Shown here piece after piece: positions 59,330-64,000 of a stretch of DNA of 64,000 nucleotides. This stretch comes from Polyangium mundeleinium (GTDB lineage: Bacteria > Myxococcota_A > Polyangia > Polyangiales > Polyangiaceae): positions 2,099,711 through 2,163,710 of the forward strand of contig NZ_JAQNDO010000001.1 in the NCBI RefSeq assembly GCF_028369105.1, in the 5' to 3' direction. The position numbers and the translations under genes were made by a program. The first letter of the stretch is position 1. Each line of letters starts with the position of its first letter. The notes under the pieces are model-generated. The model was not told where the DNA came from. It saw nothing but the letters and a program-made list of their open reading frames with translations, and ran no database searches.

Positions 59330-60322
59330 TCACGCGGGGGCCGGCGCCCTCCTGCCCCCGGTGGCCCGACGTCGCAGGAGGGAGGCCACGAGCGCGGCGA
59401 GATGGAGCGCAACGACCCCCGGGCCGAGCGGGGCGGGGGACGTCGTGCAGGCGCAGCCGCCCGGCGCCTCGACGCAGACGCCGTCGACGCACACGTCGCC
59501 TTCCAGGCAGCAGCAGCGCTCGCCGGTGGGGGGCGCGTCGAGGACGGGGCCGGATTGGTCTTCGGCGCACAGGGAGGAGAAGCCGTGCCGCGGCGTCGCG
59601 TCGCAGCCGTCAGCGATGGGCCCGGGCGGGTACATCGCGCAGATGCCAGCGCGGTCGTCCTCGGCGAGGCTGCTCAGGTCGAGCTGCTCCGGCGGGTGGT
59701 AGTGCGCGGTCATCGTGGCCTCGGGGTCGGGCGAGTGGCTGAGTCCGACGAAATGGCCGGCCTCGTGGGTGAGCACCGACAGGAGATCGATGCCGTCCGG
59801 CGCGCCGTCGGTCGTGAAGGGCCAGTCCGTGGTGTTCAGCGCCATGTCGGCGTCGTAGATCTCACCGCTGTTCACGTCGAACGTCACCGTCGTGATGGCG
59901 AGCTTGGAGGTGTCGTCGCTCCAGCCTTCGTCCACGAAAAAGATGATGTTCGCGTTGCCGCGGTCCTTGTTGTATTCGTCGAGCGCACAGAGCGCGGGGG
60001 CGCCCTCGATGAGCTCGAGGCGTGGCGGTTGTCCCTCGCAGTCGGCGGACGTCCACGCGTCGAAGGCCGTGCGGACGGCGAGACGGGCCGTGTCGAACGG
60101 GACGTCCTTGGAGGCGTCCATCTGAACGGAGTACGTGATCCGCGGCATGCCCCAAAAGAGGGGAAGGCCGCTGTCGTCTTTATGGGACGGCGTGCAGACG
60201 TGCCCTTCGAACGTCGGCGTGGTCGTGTTGCTGGTCCGGCAGTAGGCGTGCGCGGGTGCGGCGGCCAGCATTCCGAGCAAGCCGATCACCCCCGCGAAAG
60301 GAAGGGTTCGTTTCGTGGACAC
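59330..60322 (-). CDS. Secreted metzincin zinc metalloprotease with a MYXO-CTERM sorting signal
   Basis: Signal peptide. HEAGHFVGLSH (HExxHxxGxxH). Met-turn-like AMYP. C-terminal Cys-rich segment, then CACTTSPAPLGPGVVALHLAALVASLLRRR. Confidence 0.85.
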   Translation of the reverse strand: MSTKRTLPFAGVIGLLGMLAAAPAHAYCRTSNTTTPTFEGHVCTPSHKDDSGLPLFWGMPRITYSVQMDASKDVPFDTARLAVRTAFDAWTSADCEGQPPRLELIEGAPALCALDEYNKDRGNANIIFFVDEGWSDDTSKLAITTVTFDVNSGEIYDADMALNTTDWPFTTDGAPDGIDLLSVLTHEAGHFVGLSHSPDPEATMTAHYHPPEQLDLSSLAEDDRAGICAMYPPGPIADGCDATPRHGFSSLCAEDQSGPVLDAPPTGERCCCLEGDVCVDGVCVEAPGGCACTTSPAPLGPGVVALHLAALVASLLRRRATGGRRAPAPA

Positions 60323-60503
60323 GAACGAGAGTCTACCGCGATCCTGCCAGCGTTGCGCCCATGCGCGCCGCGGATTCCCTGCGCCCCTGACCCCGGGCTG
60401 AGGACCGGAGGCCTCACCCGTCGCGGCGTCGAGACATCATCGACCCGCGCAGCGCCCGACCTCCCTACGCGAGTTCCTCGGTCTTTTCGGGGGTTCACCC
60501 TCT

Positions 60504-60519
60504 GGCACGTCGGTTGCCA
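60504..60519 (+). promoter_or_regulatory. Sigma54 promoter (TGGCAC-GTCGG-TTGCC) about 48 nt upstream of the 60567 start
   Basis: Perfect -24 TGGCAC and -12 TTGC with canonical spacing. Confidence 0.55.
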
Positions 60520-60566
60520 TTGCGCGCAGAACTTCGCCCCTGTACACCCTCCGGTCCCGAGGAACC

Positions 60567-61691
60567 ATGTCCCGACGTACACTCCTTTCGGCCGCGATGC
60601 TGGCCGCCCTCCTCTCCGCGCCTGCGGCCTCCCACGCACAGAACGCCGCCACCAAACAATACGTGGACGTCGCGATCGCCGACCCGCCCAAGCAGGACGG
60701 GCTCGAGATCACCATGAAAAACGGCGCCACGTTCTCGCTCGTGGACACGCGCGATGTCGTCGGCGTCACGCCGAATGGCTCCACGCTCACCGTGGGCCTC
60801 AAGTTCGACGGCGTCGCGACGTACCGGCGCAGAGGCCACGAATGGCGCACCGTCCTCGGCATCAACGAGGCGCTCACGAAGACGCCGGCCCTCGAAGAGC
60901 CCGTCAAGAGCGCCGACGCATTCACCATCGAGAGCACGTACCTCTATTTCGTGCGTCCCTGGTTTGGCCCTTTCGCCCGCGTCACCCTGGGCACGCCGCT
61001 CTTCCGGGGATTCGACGTCCGCCCCACGGACACCACGTACACCATCGCCCGCGTCGCCGGTACGGTCGACACCGTCACCTCGCGCCGCCTCACGCTCACC
61101 GACCCGTTTCGTCCGCTCACGCTGAAAGAGACCATCGGCCCCTTCGCGCGTCCTGTCTCCGGGGATCGATTCAACCTGGAGACCCGCATCGGCGTCGGCG
61201 GATTGCAGACGTTTGCCGACGGACAGCTCATCTTGAAGGACGACGCGGCCACGGCCGATCGGGTCGAGGTGCAGGAATTGCGCGACGTCCTCCAGCTCGG
61301 CGTCGAGGGTTCGCTCGAAATGTGGGGTTCGTTCTCGGAGAAGAAGATCTCCTACAAGGTCGGCGTGGGTGCGCTGATCCCGGCGTGGAACAATGACATC
61401 CCCGCGGCAGGGGAAAGCAAAAAGAACCCGTTACAGCTCACGAACCTGGACATCGGCGCCGCCATTTCCTTCAAAGTCGTCGAGTGGGCGACGCTTGATT
61501 ATGAACTCAAGCTCGTCCGCCAGCCCCAGCTCACCGATCAATGGCAGATACGTAACGGAATGATGCTCACGCTGGGCCTCGGATACTCCAGAAAACCCCC
61601 GGCGCCGCCCGAGCCTGCGAAGCCCGCGAAGCCCGCGCCGGAGGCTGCTCCTGCCGCCGCCACCCCCGCGCCGGCGCCAGCCCCGAAATAA
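60567..61691 (+). CDS. Secreted outer-membrane-type protein (DUF3078-like beta-barrel candidate) with a Pro/Ala-rich C-terminal tail
   Basis: Signal peptide MSRRTLLSAAMLAALLSAPAASHA. Alternating amphipathic strands. Confidence 0.65.
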   Translation: MSRRTLLSAAMLAALLSAPAASHAQNAATKQYVDVAIADPPKQDGLEITMKNGATFSLVDTRDVVGVTPNGSTLTVGLKFDGVATYRRRGHEWRTVLGINEALTKTPALEEPVKSADAFTIESTYLYFVRPWFGPFARVTLGTPLFRGFDVRPTDTTYTIARVAGTVDTVTSRRLTLTDPFRPLTLKETIGPFARPVSGDRFNLETRIGVGGLQTFADGQLILKDDAATADRVEVQELRDVLQLGVEGSLEMWGSFSEKKISYKVGVGALIPAWNNDIPAAGESKKNPLQLTNLDIGAAISFKVVEWATLDYELKLVRQPQLTDQWQIRNGMMLTLGLGYSRKPPAPPEPAKPAKPAPEAAPAAATPAPAPAPK

Positions 61692-61726
61692 ACATCGTTC
61701 GTGGCGGACGACCGGCCCGAACGGCC

Positions 61727-61742
61727 GGGCACGTCGTGTGCA
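61727..61742 (+). promoter_or_regulatory. Sigma54-like promoter candidate (GGGCAC-GTCGT-GTGCA) upstream of the 61784 start
   Basis: GG and GC with 10-nt spacing; each half-site has one mismatch to the consensus. Confidence 0.35.
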
Positions 61743-61783
61743 AATCCCCTGCGGGTCCGGGCACTTCTGCGAAGAGAAGGCTC

Positions 61784-63067
61784 ATGATCGACGGGGGAAA
61801 CCGATTGAAATCCAACAAATACATCGTCTTCATTGCCGCGCTCCTCGCGCCGGCGTGTGCGCCCGACGAGCCCTCCACCCAGTCTGTGGGCAAATCTCTC
61901 CTCGACCCGCCTGCGGAGGGCTCGGGCCTTCAATATCGCATGACCTCCACGATCGCCCCGGGGACCGAATCCTACGGTTGCCGTCTCTTCCAGGTGCCGC
62001 CCGAGGGGCTCGTGATCCGGGGGCAGGACGTCGTGTTCGGCCAGGGCGGACATCACGTCCTGCTTTACCGGACCCCGTACCAAGGGATTCCGTCGCACGA
62101 CGAGCAGGGGATTGCCGTGGACGCCCTCACGGAGCACGATTGCTCCGAGGGCGCCACCGCGCGCTGGAAGGTCGACGCCGTGCTCGGCGGCTCCGAGAGC
62201 TTCGGCAGCGTGGGGATGCTCCATCGATTGCCCGACGGCGTCGGCGTCATCGTCGAGCCCGCCGCGGTGCTCGTCATGAGCACCCATTACCTCAATACGA
62301 CCACCGCCCCGCTCGAGGTCGACGCCCGCATCAACGTCTACACCATGCCCCGCGAGGACCTCAAGATCGAGGCCGGCCTCTTGTACATGGACAACCACGT
62401 CCTCCGCGTGTCGCCCTTCGGCGAGGCCGCGGCGCGCATGCGTTGCCCCGTGCCCGCCGACGTGCAGGTGGTGAGCTTGCAATCGCACATGCACGCGCGC
62501 GGCGCCTCCTTCGACGCCTCGCTCCACGGGCCCGACGGGACGACCACATCCATTTATTCGACGACGTCCTGGCAGGAGCCGCCCGTGCGCGAGCTCGACC
62601 CGCCCCTGCTCTTCCCGCGGGGAAGCACCCTCGACATCCGCTGCAATTACCGCAACGCCGAGGCGCGGCCCATCGCGTATGGCCTCTCCTCGTCCGACGA
62701 GATGTGCCAGCTCATCGGCCCGTATTTCCCGAAAAACGAGCGGTTCGAGCGGTGCGAGGACGAGAGCGGCGCGCCCTCGGCGACGTGGGTGGGCAGCGGG
62801 AAGGCCAGCGGGACGGAGACCGTCACTTGCCTCGGGGAGGCGCTGAAGGGCGAGAAGGGCGTGGGCTACGCGTATTACGATTGCGTGCACCGCGCCTGCC
62901 CCGCCATCGCGGCCGAGGTCTCGGCGCTCGTGCGTTGCCACGAGGTGAAGCGCGGCAAGGACTGCGCGAATCGGTGCCAGGGGGGGGATCTCGGCGAGTG
63001 CGCGGCCTGCCTCGTGCAGACCTGCGGCGTGGAGGATCAGGCCGCGTGCGACGCGAAGTGCGAGTGA
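61784..63067 (+). CDS. Lipoprotein resembling copper type II ascorbate-dependent monooxygenases (PHM/DBH-like), with a Cys-rich C-terminal region
   Basis: Lipobox LLAPACAPD. CuH-like GGHHVLLY...H. CuM-like SHMHARG ... M. 10 Cys in the last 90 aa. Confidence 0.55.
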   Translation: MIDGGNRLKSNKYIVFIAALLAPACAPDEPSTQSVGKSLLDPPAEGSGLQYRMTSTIAPGTESYGCRLFQVPPEGLVIRGQDVVFGQGGHHVLLYRTPYQGIPSHDEQGIAVDALTEHDCSEGATARWKVDAVLGGSESFGSVGMLHRLPDGVGVIVEPAAVLVMSTHYLNTTTAPLEVDARINVYTMPREDLKIEAGLLYMDNHVLRVSPFGEAAARMRCPVPADVQVVSLQSHMHARGASFDASLHGPDGTTTSIYSTTSWQEPPVRELDPPLLFPRGSTLDIRCNYRNAEARPIAYGLSSSDEMCQLIGPYFPKNERFERCEDESGAPSATWVGSGKASGTETVTCLGEALKGEKGVGYAYYDCVHRACPAIAAEVSALVRCHEVKRGKDCANRCQGGDLGECAACLVQTCGVEDQAACDAKCE

Positions 63068-63079
63068 AGGGCGTGGGGC

Positions 63080-63463
63080 TCAGCCGCTCGACGCGACCGT
63101 CGCGCCCGCCTTCGTGAGCTCGGGCTCCTTCCGGCCGCGCCGGTAGGCGCCCACCGCGACCACGATTCCACCGATCACGTTCATCGCCAGCGCGAGACAG
63201 ACATTGATCAGCGACTCCGCCGTCCCCATCGCCACGACCGCGGCCATCTCCGGGCGCTCGGCCGCGTACATCAGCGTCGTGACGATCCCCGTGCAGAAGC
63301 CGAGGAAGCCCGCGGTCAGGGTGAGGAACGCGAGCACGGCGGGCAGGAGCAGCCGCCCTTTCCCCGGGTTTCTCGCGTAACCGAGGGCCGCGCCGAACAG
63401 AATGATGCCGAAGAAGAGCGTCGGGTACATCCCGAAACCGCCGAGCCTGAATGCCTCTCCCAT
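63080..63463 (-). CDS. Small membrane protein of 127 aa with four TM helices, function unknown
   Basis: ATG at 63463 preceded by GGAGG. The listed ORF 63080-63631 is 5' over-extended. Confidence 0.6.
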   Translation of the reverse strand: MGEAFRLGGFGMYPTLFFGIILFGAALGYARNPGKGRLLLPAVLAFLTLTAGFLGFCTGIVTTLMYAAERPEMAAVVAMGTAESLINVCLALAMNVIGGIVVAVGAYRRGRKEPELTKAGATVASSG

Positions 63464-63813
63464 GGGAAACCTCCGTTTGTCAGGGTCGTTCGTGGGTCGT
63501 GTGTCGCCCCGCCGCGGCTCCTGCCGGAGCTCGGTCCGCTCCGGTACGCGGATCCAGCGGGACGGGGCAGTCGGACCCCGGTCGCGCGCGGATGTTCCCA
63601 GGGTCGAAAAATCTCTCAGAGGGTGTTCCACAGCCAGCGGTAGCTCGGAACCTCACCCCCTTCCCCTTCTCCGCGCGGACCTCCCGACCGAGCATGTAGC
63701 GTGTGGAGACGTATCGTCGACACAACACCGACGACGACGAGCCGTTTACGCTCTTAGCCGTGCATGGGGGGCGGCGCCGCGCGACACCGCCCCTGAAGAT
63801 GCCTGGGGGCTAT

Positions 63814-64000
63814 CTCACAACCCGCAATGGGTCGTGGTGAGCGCGTCCTGACGATAGACCCCGGTTTTGCCTGCGACCGGCCGGAAGTCGTACGTGCAGT
63901 CGCCGAGCGGCGGGAAGTTCGGGAATCCGGCGCTCTTGAAGACGGCGATGCTGTTTTTCAGGTTGTCCTGCGTCGGCTTGAAGTGCCCGCTGTCATTCGT
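63814..64000 (-). CDS. 3'-terminal fragment of a gene whose start lies beyond the window
   Basis: Open frame into the window edge ending ...YRQDALTTTHCGL*. A terminator-like hairpin GGGGCGG...CCGCCCC lies at 63766-63795, downstream on the minus strand. Confidence 0.3.

Overview
This is a 64 kb chromosomal segment of about 70% GC and high gene density, almost certainly from a myxobacterium (Myxococcota). The lineage call rests on two MYXO-CTERM sorting signals, several Ser/Thr kinases, an ECF sigma factor with an anti-sigma/VWA fusion, and sigma54-type promoters. Many long ORFs in the six-frame track are GC-driven antisense artifacts, and real genes were picked by recognisable motifs and translational coupling.

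Housekeeping genes:
- Enolase (eno).
- Signal peptidase I (lepB).
- Sulfate ABC transporter cysTWA.
- RidA.
- Aminopeptidase N (M1 family).
- UspA.
- A glycine-rich RRM RNA-binding protein.
- A DsbA-like lipoprotein.

Accessory blocks:
- (a) A tightly coupled five-gene module at 1964-9928: coiled-coil membrane protein, MoxR AAA+, secreted/membrane protein, ABC ATPase, ABC-2 permease.
- (b) A MoxR-less DUF58-BatA-VWA trio at 27220-33251.
- (c) An orphan TssL(DotU)-like plus TssM/IcmF N-terminal NTPase-like pair at 41846-43584, with no other T6SS genes nearby.
- (d) Two tandem, translationally coupled paralogs with a zinc ribbon, one TM helix and a beta-propeller.
- (e) A roughly 950-aa cysteine-rich repeat lipoprotein whose gene contains a near-perfect 12 x 21-nt tandem repeat.
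- (f) A secreted protein made of about 25 short Gly/Gln repeats.
- (g) A locus with an HTH/NB-ARC/TPR STAND regulator, a Uma2 endonuclease and a 2OG-Fe(II) oxygenase.
- (h) Three sigma54-like promoters in front of secreted or lipoprotein genes.

No rRNA, tRNA or CRISPR array was found.
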